Assembly: GCA_950097015.1 (NCBI GenBank)
Contig: CATNEN010000038.1
Location: 31,682,001 to 31,746,000 of the forward strand
Source: Macrostomum hystrix
Taxonomy: Eukaryota; Animalia; Platyhelminthes
Length of the DNA stretch: 64,000 nt
Reading direction: 5' to 3'
Shown piece by piece: positions 51,721 to 64,000 of this stretch. The position numbers and the translations under genes are program-made. Position 1 is the first letter of the stretch; each line of letters starts with the position of its first letter. The notes under the pieces were generated by a model that saw nothing but the letters and a program-made list of their open reading frames with translations, had not been told where the DNA came from and searched no databases.

Positions 51721-52470
51721 TGTCCTGCGTGTCTGTCTGTCCTGGGTGTCTGTCTGTTCTGCGTGTCTGTCTGTCCTGGGTGTCTGTCTGTCCTGCGTGT
51801 CTGTCTGTCCTGGGTGTCTGTCTGTTCTGCGTGTCTGTCTGTCCTGGGTGTCTGTCTGTCCTTAGTGTCTGTCTGTTCTGGGTGTCTGTCTGTCCTGGGT
51901 GTCTGTCTGTCCTTAGTGTCTGTCTGTCCTGGGTGTCTGTCTGTCCTTAGTGTCTGTCTGTCCTTAGTGTCTGTCTGTTCTGGGTGTCTGTCTGTTCTGC
52001 GTGTCTGTCTGTCCTGGGTGTCTGTCTGTTCTGGGTGTCTGTCTGTCCTGGGTGTGTTTGTTCTGGGTTTCTGTCTGTCTGTCCTGGTTGTCTGCCTGTC
52101 CTGGGTGTCTATCTGTTCTGGGTGTCTGCCTGTCCTTAGTGTCTGTCTGTTCTGGGTGTCTGTCTGTCCTGGGTGTCTGTCTGTCCTGGGTGTCTGTCTG
52201 TTCTGGGTGTCTGTCTGTCCTGGGTGTCTGTCTGTTCTGGGTGTCTGTCTATCCTGGGTGTGTTTGTTCTGGGTTTCTGTCTGTCTGTCCTGGTTGTCTG
52301 TCTGTCCTTAGTGTCTCTCTCTTCTGGGTGACTGTCTGTCCTGGGTGTCTGTCTGTCCTGGGTGTGTCTGTCCTGGGTGTCTGTCTGTCCTGGGTGTCTG
52401 TCTGTCCTGGGTGTCCGTCTGTCCTGGGTGTCTGTCTGTCCTGGGTGTCTGCCTGTTCTGGGTGTCTGTC
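51721..52470. repeat. 17-bp array (GTCCTGGGTGTCTGTCT)n
   Basis: Seen directly. Confidence 0.95.
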
Positions 52471-52751
52471 TTTGCTGGTTTTCTGTCTAAGTTGATTTTT
52501 ATTCCTTCAAAGAGTAAGCAGGCCAAGATCAGTTTATTCGTGGCACAATGAGAAACATATATTTAAGAGCCAAATGAAAAGTTTCATATTTGCTTAAATC
52601 AGGTATAAGTGGACTGTGCTTGTCACATTTGCTGTTTAAAAATGATTTTTTCCGTAAAAAATGCTTTGTTCCAAAACATACTATTGTAAATTTCAATAGG
52701 ATAAGTTTGTCACTGAAACCGAACAGCAGCAGGATACGGAACCCAGTCTCG

Positions 52752-55215
52752 TTACTTCTTTACTTTAGCTCCACTAGCGGACGACCTGGCTTCCTTCCAG
52801 AACTCATCGAAGTTGCTGTTGTCCAATGTCACAAAGATATTCATCTGCAGAACGGGATCATTTAAAATTGTTCTTCTCTTCATCCACTCAACTCTACTCC
52901 ATTCACGCCTACTCTACCCACTCTAAACCACCAACTCTAGTCTACACACTCTACTCCATTCACTCTACTCCATTCACTCTACTCCATTCACTCTAATCCA
53001 TTCACTCTAATCCATTAACTCTAATCCATTCACTCTACTCCATTAACTCTATTCTACCCACTCTACACCACCCACTCTAGTCTACACACTCTACTCCACT
53101 CACTCTACTCCACTCACTCTACTGCATTCACTCTACTCCACTCCCTGTACTCCATTCCCTCTACTCCATTCACTCTACTCCATTCACTTTACACCATTCA
53201 CTCTACTCCATTCACTATACTCCATTCACTCTACTCCACTCCCTGTACTCCATTCCCTCTACTCCATTCACTCTACTCCACTCACTATACTCCACTCCCT
53301 CTACTCCATTCACTCTACTCCATTCACTTTACACCATTCACTCTACTCCATTCACTATACTCCATTCACTCTACTCCATTCACTCTATTCCATTCACTCT
53401 ACTCCAGATTCTTTAAAAGTTTACTAGACCTAAAATTTTTCAACTGACCTCTGCCTTGACCATCTTTCGAACTTCTGGAATATCATCCGGAGAGCGAAAC
53501 AGAGGCAGTATTACCGGTCTGCAGATTGAAGAAGTGGAACCAGGCGTTCAATATTGGACGTGCTACGGCAACGCATTCAGTCACTAAATAGAGTAACGTA
53601 GACCTAGATCGGGAGTGACCTAGATTGGAAGGGACCTATATTGGGAGTGACCTAGATTTGGGAGTGACCTGCAATTGAGTGTGACCCAGATTAGGAGTAC
53701 CATAGATTGGGAGTGCCCTAGATCGGGAGTGCCGTAGATTGGGAGTGACCTAGATTGGGAGTGCCTTAGATCGGGAGTGCCATAGATTGGGAGTGCCCTA
53801 GATTGGGAGTGCCTTAGATCGGGAGTGCCGTAGATTGGGAGTGACCTAGATTGGGAGTGCCCTAGATTGGGAGTGCCCTAGATTGGGAGTGCCCTAGATT
53901 TGGGAATGACCTAGAATGACCTAGAATTGAGTGTGACCCAGATTATGAGTGACATAGATTTAGAGTACTTTAGAAGACAATCTAGGGCACTTTAGATTAG
54001 GAGTGCCCTAGATTGGGAGTGCCCTAGATTTGGGATTGACCTAGAATGACCTAGAATTGAGTGTGACCCAGATTATGAGTGACATAGATTTAGAGTACTT
54101 TAGAAGACAATCTAGGGCACTTTAGATTAGGAGTGCCCTAGATTGGGAGTGCCCTAGATTGGGATTGCCCTAGATTGGGAGTGACCTAGCTTGATTAGGA
54201 TCGACTTAGATTTGGAGTGACCAAGATCGGGAGTGACCTAGATTGATTGAGTTAAAATTAGTAAGCTAACAGGAATCAATAAAGCATAATTAAGTGCTCA
54301 CTGCAACGGTCCAGGATTCGTATTCTTTTCCGCTCCCTTTTGGTAGAATGCGTTTAGAGTGTACCTTACGGCCACACCCGGAATTCGGGTCCTGGTGCGG
54401 AACACTTTCATAGAATTCAGGAAAGGCACCTTTCTGTGCTGCCATACTTTGATGCAGCTTGTCCAGCGGTTGAGATTTTCCGGCTAAAATAAGTATGGAA
54501 ACGTTTTAATTATAATAGTGTGAGCTTTCAGCTACTATTAGTAGCGAGTGTAAAAACAATACTGCCTTTTTAGTAAGCACGAATGAAAAAGCTAATGAGA
54601 TGAGTAAGTAAGAATTTTTAGAGTAAAAAGGAGCAGAATTAAGCACGTGACTTGGAGTTGGGAAGTTAGAAATAAAAGTACATTCTGAGAATCTGCATGC
54701 AGAGAGAGAGGAGTGATACTAAAGACATTGTGAGCCAACCATTATCGCACGAAAAGCTTAGTAACGTATGGAGAAAATAAGAATGTCGTGCCGATCGAAC
54801 AGATTGCAAAGAGGACAGTAACACATGACGAAAGTTTATAATATCGTAAACAGGATGAAAGGAAGGAAGGAAGGTAGGTAGGATTGGTGAACATAAATTA
54901 TAGACAGGCTGTTTGCATAGGTACAAAGGTAGCTAACCTCATAGGCCTCCTCCTTGGAAATATTCATCAGAACCGGTTTGGCCTGATACCAGAAGTGCCT
55001 GTATCGAAAACTTATCAACACCCAATTTCTCTGCTTGTCCAAGAACTCCATCGTCGATGGCATGTTGAGCACATCAATGCCTTTGCTGCTATTGTTGCTT
55101 TCAAGCCGTTGCTTACTGTTTCTGGTAGATATTAGCTGGGATTGCTGATCCTCCTCGTCACTGAGTTGTTCGGCATTATCTGCCATTAGACCAAAGCTGC
55201 TGCAGCTAGTACGGG

Positions 55216-55258
<43 letters not shown>

Positions 55259-56440
55259 GTTGATGCCACTGTTGCGGCCATTAAGCTTGTGAGTCGAATG
55301 CACAGACCTCAGGGCCATCATTTGTCGGTTCCTTTCTGTAAGCGCACCTGAGTAATAAGGAAGAGATGGTTTCCGAAGGGTTTAATTTAAATCCTTAAAA
55401 TCCCAGGATTGTTACGTGGTCCGTGCAGTCTCTCCACAACGCGATTGGTCCATAGCCCTGCCCCTCCACCCCCCTACGCAACAAGTCGATTGGTCTGGAA
55501 GCTTAGTCCATCCACCTCCCTACGCTACAACACGATAGGTCTGGAAGTTTAGTCCATCCACCTCCCTACGCTACAACACGATTGGTCTGGAAGCTTAGTC
55601 CATCTACCTCCCTACGCTACAACACGATTGGTCCGGAAGCTTAGTCCATCCACCTCCCTACGCTACAACACGATTGGTCCGGAAGCTTAGTCCATCCACC
55701 TCCTTACGCTACAACACGATTGGTCCGGAAGCTTAGTCCATCCACCTCCCTACGCTACAACACGATTGGTCTGGAAGCTTAGTCCATCCACCTCCCTACG
55801 CTACAAGACGATTGGTCTGGAAGCTTAGTCCATCTACCTCCCTACGCTACAACACGATTGGTCCGGAAGCTTAGTCCATCCACCTCTCTACGCAGCAACA
55901 CGATTGGTCCTGAAGCTTATTCCAACCAACTCCCTACGCAGCAACACGATTGGTCCGGAAGCTTAGTCCTTCCACCTCCCTACGCAGCAACACGATTGGT
56001 CCGGAAGCTTAGTGCATCCACCTCACTACGCTACAACACGATTGGTCCGGAAGCTTAGTGCATCCACCTCACTACGCTACAACACGATTGGTCCGGAAGC
56101 TTAGTGCATCCACCTCCCTACGCTACAACACGATTGGTCCGGAAGCTTAGTCCATCCACCTCACTACGCTACAACACGATTGGTCCGGAAGCTTAGTCCA
56201 TCCACCTCCCTACGCTACAACACGATTGGTCCGGAAGCTTAGTGCATCCACCTCCCTATGCTACAACACGATAGGTCCGGAAGCTTAGTCCATCCACCTC
56301 ACTACGCTACAGCACGATTGGTCCGGAAGCTCAGTCCATCCGATAATATACTCACGAAAACCAAGTAAGTCGTCGAAGTGAATGTCGAACTCTTTGACTT
56401 GAGTCCTTCGCCCGCTTTGTTGGGCCTGCTTGTTGGGCAT
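52752..56440 (-). CDS. Unknown ~280-aa protein, 5 exons, weak TIR-like features
   Basis: Exons 56440-56356, 55347-54938, 54483-54302, 53518-53449, 52844-52752 join in frame with GT-AG sites. Poly-Ser tract present; C-terminus PVILPLFRSPDDIPE..FDEFWKEA. Confidence 0.6.
52885..53405. repeat. 14-bp array (CACTCTACTCCATT)n
   Basis: Seen directly. Confidence 0.93.
53600..54245. repeat. 16-bp array (GATTGGGAGTGCCCTA)n with a 130-bp duplication
   Basis: GATTATGAGT at 53941 and 54071. Confidence 0.9.
55490..56340. repeat. 46-bp minisatellite
   Basis: CCACCTCCCTACGCTACAACACGATTGGTCCGGAAGCTTAGTCCAT units. Confidence 0.95.
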
Positions 56441-56771
56441 GGCAAGACAACGACACAATACGTGCTTCGAATATCAGGAAAAACTAATTTGAAAACTCTC
56501 TTTAAGAGAAAATATCTTAAATGAATTTAAATGACTTTTCTTCAGTAGAAAAGCTGTATAAGTCCATCGTTTTAGTTGAACAGTTTAGGAATTTTGTGAA
56601 CGTTTTTGCCATAGACAAAACTTGGGTGCGTCAGATCTAGAATATAAATTTGCGGTTCGAATCCCTTTAAACTTCTTATTACATATTAAACTTAAACATG
56701 CTATAGATTTATCTAGATTTAAGATAGATAGACGATATATAAATACAGACAACATTTAGATAGAAGATACA

Positions 56772-59700
56772 TAGACAGTCAGTATTCAAGACAGTCAGTA
56801 TTCAAGACAGTCAGGATTGAAGACAGTCAGTATTCAAGACAGTCAGTATTCAAGACAGTCAGGATTGAAGACAGTCAGTATTCAAGACAGTCAGTATTCA
56901 AGACAGTCAGTATTCAAGACAGTCAGGATTGGAGACAGTCAGGATTGAAGACAGTCAGTATTCAAGACAGTCAGTATTCAAGACAGTCAGGATTGAAGAC
57001 AGTCAGTATTCAAGACAGTCAGTATTCAAGACAGTCAGGATTGAAGACAGTCAGTATTCAAGACAGTCAGTATTCAAGACAGTCAGTATTCAAGACAGTC
57101 AGGATTGGAGACAGTCAGGATTGAAGACAGTCAGTATTCAAGACAGTCAGGATTGAAGACAGTCAGTATTGAAGACAGTCAGGATTGGAGACAGTCAGGA
57201 TTGGAGACAGTCAGGATTGGAGCCAGTCAGGATTGAAGACAGTCAGTATTGAAGACAGTCAGGATTGGAGACAGTCAGGATTGGAGACAGTCAGGATTGG
57301 AGACAGTCAGGATTAAAGACAGTCAGGATTGGAGACAGTCAGGATTGGAGACAGTCAGGATTGAAGACAGTCAGGATTGGAGACAGTCAGGATTGGAGAC
57401 AGTCAGGATTGGAGACAGTCAGGATTGAAGACAGTCAGGATTGAAGACAGTCAGGATTGGAGACAGTCAGGATTGGAGACAGTCAGGATTGGAGACAGTC
57501 AGGATTGGAGACAGTCAGGATTGGAGACAGTCAGGATTGGAGACAGTCAGGATTGGAGACAGTCAGGATTGAAGACAGTCAGGATTGAAGACAGTCAGGA
57601 TTGAAGACAGTCAGGATTGGAGACAGTCAGGATTGAAGACAGTCAGGATTGGAGACAGTCAGGATTGGAGACAGTCAGGATTGAAGACAGTCAGGATTGG
57701 AGACAGTCAGGATTGGAGACAGTCAGTATTGGAGACAGTCAGGATTGGAGACAGTCAGGATTGGAGACAGTCAGTATTGGAGACAGTCAGGATTGGAGAC
57801 AGTCAGGATTGAAGACAGTCAGGATTGGAGACAGTCAGGATTGAAGACAGTCAGGATTGGAGACAGTCAGGATTGAAGACAGTCAGTATTGGAGACAGTC
57901 AGGATTGAAGACAGTCAGGATTGAAGACAGTCAGGATTGGAGACAGTCAGGATTGGAGACAGTCAGTATTCAAGACAGTCAGTATTCAAGACAGTCAGGA
58001 TTGGAGACAGTCAGGATTGGAGACAGTCAGTATTCAAGACAGTCAGGATTGGAGACAGTCAGGATTGAAGACAGTCAGGATTGAAGACAGTCAGGATTGA
58101 AGACAGTCAGGATTGAAGACAGTCAGGATTGAAGACAGTCAGGATTGGAGACAGTCAGTATTGAAGACAGTCAGTATTGAAGACAGTCAGGATTGGAGAC
58201 AGTCAGGATTGAAGACAGTCAGGATTGGAGACAGTCAGGATTGGAGACAGTCAGTATTGGAGACAGTCAGGATTGGAGACAGTCAGGATTGGAGACAGTC
58301 AGGATTGAAGACAGTCAGTATTCAAGACAGTCAGGATTGAAGACAGTCAGGATTGGAGACAGTCAGGATTGAAGACAGTCAGGATTGGAGACAGTCAGGA
58401 TTGAAGACAGTCTGGATTGGAGACAGTCAGTATTGGAGACAGTCAGGATTGGAGACAGTCAGGATTGAAGACAGTCAGGATTGGAGACAGTCAGGATTGA
58501 AGACAGTCAGGATTGGAGACAGTCAGGATTGAAGACAGTCAGTATTGGAGACAGTCAGGATTGAAGACAGTCAGGATTGAAGACAGTCAGGATTGGAGAC
58601 AGTCAGGATTGGAGACAGTCAGTATTCAAGACAGTCAGTATTCAAGACAGTCAGGATTGGAGACAGTCAGGATTGGAGACAGTCAGTATTCAAGACAGTC
58701 AGGATTGGAGACAGTCAGGATTGAAGACAGTCAGGATTGAAGACAGTCAGGATTGAAGACAGTCAGGATTGAAGACAGTCAGGATTGAAGACAGTCAGGA
58801 TTGGAGACAGTCAGTATTGAAGACAGTCAGTATTGAAGACAGTCAGGATTGGAGACAGTCAGGATTGAAGACAGTCAGGATTGGAGACAGTCAGGATTGG
58901 AGACAGTCAGTATTGGAGACAGTCAGGATTGGAGACAGTCAGGATTGGAGACAGTCAGGATTGAAGACAGTCAGTATTCAAGACAGTCAGGATTGAAGAC
59001 AGTCAGGATTGGAGACAGTCAGGATTGAAGACAGTCAGGATTGGAGACAGTCAGGATTGAAGACAGTCAGTATTGAAGACAGTCAGGATTGGAGACAGTC
59101 AGGATTGAAGACAGTCAGGATTGGAGACAGTCAGGATTGGAGACAGTCAGTATTGGAGACAGTCAGGATTGGAGACAGTCAGGATTGGAGACAGTCAGGA
59201 TTGAAGACAGTCAGTATTCAAGACAGTCAGGATTGAAGACAGTCAGGATTGGAGACAGTCAGGATTGAAGACAGTCAGTATTGGAGACAGTCAGGATTGG
59301 AGACAGTCAGGATTGAAGACAGTCAGGATTGAAGACAGTCAGGATTGAAGACAGTCAGGATTGAAGACAGTCAGGATTGGAGACAGTCAGGATTGGAGAC
59401 AGTCAGGATTGAAGACAGTCAGGATTGAAGACAGTCAGGATTGAAGACAGTCAGGATTGGAGACAGTCAGGATTGAAGACAGTCAGGATTGAAGACAGTC
59501 AGGATTGGAGACAGTCAGGATTGGAGACAGTCAGGATTGGAGACAGTCAGGATTGGAGACAGTCAGGATTGGAGACAGTCAGGATTGGAGACAGTCAGGA
59601 TTGGAGACAGTCAGGATTGAAGACAGTCAGGATTGAAGACAGTCAGGATTGAAGACAGTCAGGATTGGAGACAGTCAGGATTGAAGACAGTCAGGATTGG

Positions 59701-62080
59701 AGACAGTCAGGATTGGAGACAGTCAGGATTGAAGACAGTCAGGATTGGAGACAGTCAGGATTGGAGACAGTCAGTATTGGAGACAGTCAGGATTGGAGAC
59801 AGTCAGGATTGGAGACAGTCAGTATTGGAGACAGTCAGGATTGGAGACAGTCAGGATTGAAGACAGTCAGTATTCAAGACAGTCAGGATTGAAGACAGTC
59901 AGGATTGGAGACAGTCAGGATTGAAGACAGTCAGTATTGGAGACAGTCAGGATTGAAGACAGTCAGGATTGAAGACAGTCAGGATTGGAGACAGTCAGGA
60001 TTGAAGACAGTCAGGATTGAAGACAGTCAGGATTGGAGACAGTCAGGATTGAAGACAGTCAGGATTGGAGACAGTCAGGATTGAAGACAGTCAGTATTGG
60101 AGACAGTCAGGATTGAAGACAGTCAGGATTGAAGACAGTCAGGATTGGAGACAGTCAGGATTGGAGACAGTCAGTATTCAAGACAGTCAGTATTCAAGAC
60201 AGTCAGGATTGGAGACAGTCAGGATTGGAGACAGTCAGTATTCAAGACAGTCAGGATTGGAGACAGTCAGGATTGAAGACAGTCAGGATTGAAGACAGTC
60301 AGGATTGAAGACAGTCAGGATTGAAGACAGTCAGGATTGAAGACAGTCAGGATTGGAGACAGTCAGTATTGAAGACAGTCAGTATTGAAGACAGTCAGGA
60401 TTGGAGACAGTCAGGATTGAAGACAGTCAGGATTGGAGACAGTCAGGATTGGAGACAGTCAGTATTGGAGACAGTCAGGATTGGAGACAGTCAGGATTGG
60501 AGACAGTCAGGATTGAAGACAGTCAGTATTCAAGACAGTCAGGATTGAAGACAGTCAGGATTGGAGACAGTCAGGATTGAAGACAGTCAGGATTGGAGAC
60601 AGTCAGGATTGAAGACAGTCAGTATTGAAGACAGTCAGGATTGGAGACAGTCAGGATTGAAGACAGTCAGGATTGGAGACAGTCAGGATTGGAGACAGTC
60701 AGTATTGGAGACAGTCAGGATTGGAGACAGTCAGGATTGGAGACAGTCAGGATTGAAGACAGTCAGTATTCAAGACAGTCAGGATTGAAGACAGTCAGGA
60801 TTGGAGACAGTCAGGATTGAAGACAGTCAGTATTGGAGACAGTCAGGATTGGAGACAGTCAGGATTGAAGACAGTCAGGATTGAAGACAGTCAGGATTGA
60901 AGACAGTCAGGATTGAAGACAGTCAGGATTGGAGACAGTCAGGATTGGAGACAGTCAGGATTGAAGACAGTCAGGATTGAAGACAGTCAGGATTGAAGAC
61001 AGTCAGGATTGGAGACAGTCAGGATTGAAGACAGTCAGGATTGAAGACAGTCAGGATTGGAGACAGTCAGGATTGGAGACAGTCAGGATTGGAGACAGTC
61101 AGGATTGGAGACAGTCAGGATTGGAGACAGTCAGGATTGGAGACAGTCAGGATTGGAGACAGTCAGGATTGAAGACAGTCAGGATTGAAGACAGTCAGGA
61201 TTGAAGACAGTCAGGATTGGAGACAGTCAGGATTGAAGACAGTCAGGATTGGAGACAGTCAGGATTGGAGACAGTCAGGATTGAAGACAGTCAGGATTGG
61301 AGACAGTCAGGATTGGAGACAGTCAGTATTGGAGACAGTCAGGATTGGAGACAGTCAGGATTGGAGACAGTCAGTATTGGAGACAGTCAGGATTGGAGAC
61401 AGTCAGGATTGAAGACAGTCAGTATTCAAGACAGTCAGGATTGAAGACAGTCAGGATTGGAGACAGTCAGGATTGAAGACAGTCAGTATTGGAGACAGTC
61501 AGGATTGAAGACAGTCAGGATTGAAGACAGTCAGGATTGGAGACAGTCAGGATTGAAGACAGTCAGGATTGAAGACAGTCAGGATTGGAGACAGTCAGGA
61601 TTGAAGACAGTCAGGATTGAAGACAGTCAGGATTGGAGACAGTCAGGATTGAAGACAGTCAGGATTGGAGACAGTCAGGATTGGAGACAGTCAGGATTGG
61701 AGACAGTCAGGATTGGAGACAGTCAGGATTGGAGACAGTCAGGATTGAAGACAGTCAGGATTGGAGACAGTCAGGATTGGAGACAGTCAGGATTGGAGAC
61801 AGTCAGGATTGAAGACAGTCAGGATTGGAGACAGTCAGTATTGAAGACAGTCAGGATTGGAGACAGTCAGGATTGAAGACAGTCAGGATTGAAGTCAGTC
61901 AGGATTGAAGACAGTCAGGATTGGAGACAGTCAGTATTGAAGACAGTCAGGATTGGAGACAGTCAGGATTGGAGACAGTCAGGATTGGAGACAGTCAGGA
62001 TTGAAGACAGTCAGGATTGAAGACAGTCAGGATTGGAGACAGTCAGGATTGAAGACAGTCAGGATTGAAGACAGTCAGTC
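56772..62080. repeat. 5.3-kb 16-bp satellite (GACAGTCAGGATTGRA)n with higher-order structure
   Basis: Seen directly; recurring ORF blocks at offsets 656, 1552 and 2048. Confidence 0.97.
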
Positions 62081-62739
62081 AGGATGAGGCAAGCAAATGC
62101 GATTGTTTTTGAGTCGCAAAGTCCTTTAGTGCAGCTCTCAGGACTTTGGTTTAGGAGATGCACTCTTCAACTCAACCTAAAGTCGCTATTGGACAAGAAG
62201 AAGGAGCTTCAGAGGAGAGTTGAGGCAAAATTAGTTTGATCCACAGCTGCCACAGGCTAGCGAGATTAAATTGGTGGGAGTGCGTGCACCAAAGCTTCAA
62301 CCCCTAAGCCTCTTATACTGCGGCTTACAATTTGTAGAGGCCTTACTTATATGCACAGCATTAGATTTATATTGCCCTGAGAGAGCGGTCAATTCACGCT
62401 GCTGCTGCTGTTGCTGCTTTTGCCCTTAGCTTGTTGTCAGAATCTTACGCTGTTACATCCCTTTCTTTCTCGTTTCTTCACTATTCTTGGTTGCTAGCCG
62501 AACAGAATCTGTAACCTACCGATTGGTATGGAAGCTGTTTAAAATTAACAAACTGAAATTACTGCTGACAGCTAAGATAGAGCTGTTGTGCGGTCAGCAG
62601 AACCGCAACTCACTGCTCCGATTTGTAAGTTTACCGAGTAGTGCACATTTTTTGCTTGTTATGTTTCTTTTGATTCGTGATGAGAACATTGTGTAGCTCC
62701 AGAGTACACTTTGTTTTCCACCATTTTCCTTTCTGTTTT

Positions 62740-63190
62740 CTCCCCTCTGAACTCTCCCTTCTTGATTCTCCCCTCTGAACTCTCCTCGCTCCATTCTTCC
62801 CATCTGTATTCTACCCTCCCATCTCCCCTCTGTAGTCTCCCATCTGTATTCTACCCTCCCATCTCCCCTCTGTAGTCTCCCATCTGTATTCTACCCTCCG
62901 ATCTCCCCTCTGTAGTCTCCCATCTGTATTCTACCCTCCCATCTCCCCTCTGTAGTCTCCCATCTGTATTCTACCCTCCCATTTCCCCTCTGTAGTCTCC
63001 CATCTGTATTCTACCCTCCGATCTCCCATCTGTAGTCTCCCATCTGTAGTCTCCCATCTGTATCTCCCTCTGTATTCTCCCTTCTGTATTCTCCCCTATG
63101 AATTCTCCCTTCTTGATTCTCCCCTCTGAGCTCTCCTCTCTCTATTCTTCCCATCTGTTTTCTCCCCTCTGTATTCTACCCCCTGTATTG
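62740..63190. repeat. 40-bp pyrimidine-rich minisatellite
   Basis: CATCTGTATT recurs at 62801, 62841, 62881, and so on. Confidence 0.92.
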
Positions 63191-63639
63191 TGACAGGTTT
63201 TTAATGCAAGTTGCACTAAATATTGTTTTAGCATTGTTGCTATGTGATATAGCAATTAACAATAATATTCTGTCTTTAAAAAAAATCATCTAAAAAAGTG
63301 TTTTTACCTAATTGGCTCCAGCTACAAAGTCACCGCTGTACATCTGACTATGCCCTGGGAATAGCACTTTGTGTGTAGTTTGAAATAAGACACTACCCAC
63401 AGGTTGAGTCTGAGCTTGGCAACCGACTCAACCTTTTTTGAGCAGCCTGGCAAATAAACCCGCCTCATGGGAATTGAGTGGCAATTAATATGATTTCCTC
63501 GAAATATTTTGGCATATTGGATTTCGGCTAATTTAGCTTTGTGTACTTTTAAACGATGCCTATAAATTGTTGTGCTCTACTGCCGTTACTTCAAAATGTC
63601 ATGGATACGCGAAGGACGTTGCTGAACCTCATACTGCAT

Positions 63640-63855
63640 GACACAGGAGGATATTGGGAGACACTGGGGGATATTGGGAGACACCGGGGGATATTGGGAG
63701 ACACCGGGGGATATTGTGAGACACTGGAGGATATTGGGAGACATTGTGGGGTATCAGGAGACACTGGGAGATATTGGGAGACATTGTGGGACATTGGGAG
63801 ACACTGGGGAGATATTGGGAGACATTGTGGGACATTGGGAGACACTGGGAGAGAT
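63640..63855. repeat. ~20-bp array (GACACTGGGRGATATTGGGA)n
   Basis: Seen directly. Confidence 0.9.
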
Positions 63856-64000
63856 AAAGTAAAAGACTAAGCTATTACTGGATGTCTAAGAGAGTTAAGA
63901 GGGACCGCTGAATCGCAGATCCCCAGGGCTGTTTCTGCTAGTTTGGGCTGGGCATTGGTTTCTGCGGTGCTTGAAGGTTGTGAATAATTTATGAACCAAT

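Noticed and set aside
62081-64000. Coding exons at the end of the window
   Set aside because: Only short ORFs without recognisable motifs are present, two of them derived from repeats.

Overview
Eukaryotic (metazoan) genomic DNA rich in spliceosomal introns, minisatellites and poly-CAG/CTG tracts. The composition resembles a free-living flatworm such as Macrostomum, but that is an inference only. I reconstructed five intron-containing genes by hand with phase-consistent splice sites: (1) an SLC5 sodium/solute symporter (-, 9044->~2002); (2) a Still life/Tiam-family Rac GEF, long isoform with myristoylation signal, EVH1, PH, RBD, PDZ, DH and PH (-, 33625->10802; exons between ~31100 and ~21340 only partly resolved); (3) a secreted C-type lectin (+, 39699-41881); (4) an RDH11-14-like short-chain dehydrogenase (+, 42696-51181); (5) a ~280-aa unknown protein with weak TIR-like features (-, 56440->52752). 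About 35 distinct tandem arrays fill introns and intergenic spaces and explain almost all the long ORFs in the track. Two SINE families are present. The most striking observation is the single intron of the lectin gene. It consists almost entirely of a tRNA-headed SINE flanked by a near-duplicated target site containing CAG|GT, which suggests precise intron creation by a SINE insertion. That SINE later received a nested antisense copy of its own family (12-bp TSD) and grew an internal 29-bp minisatellite.
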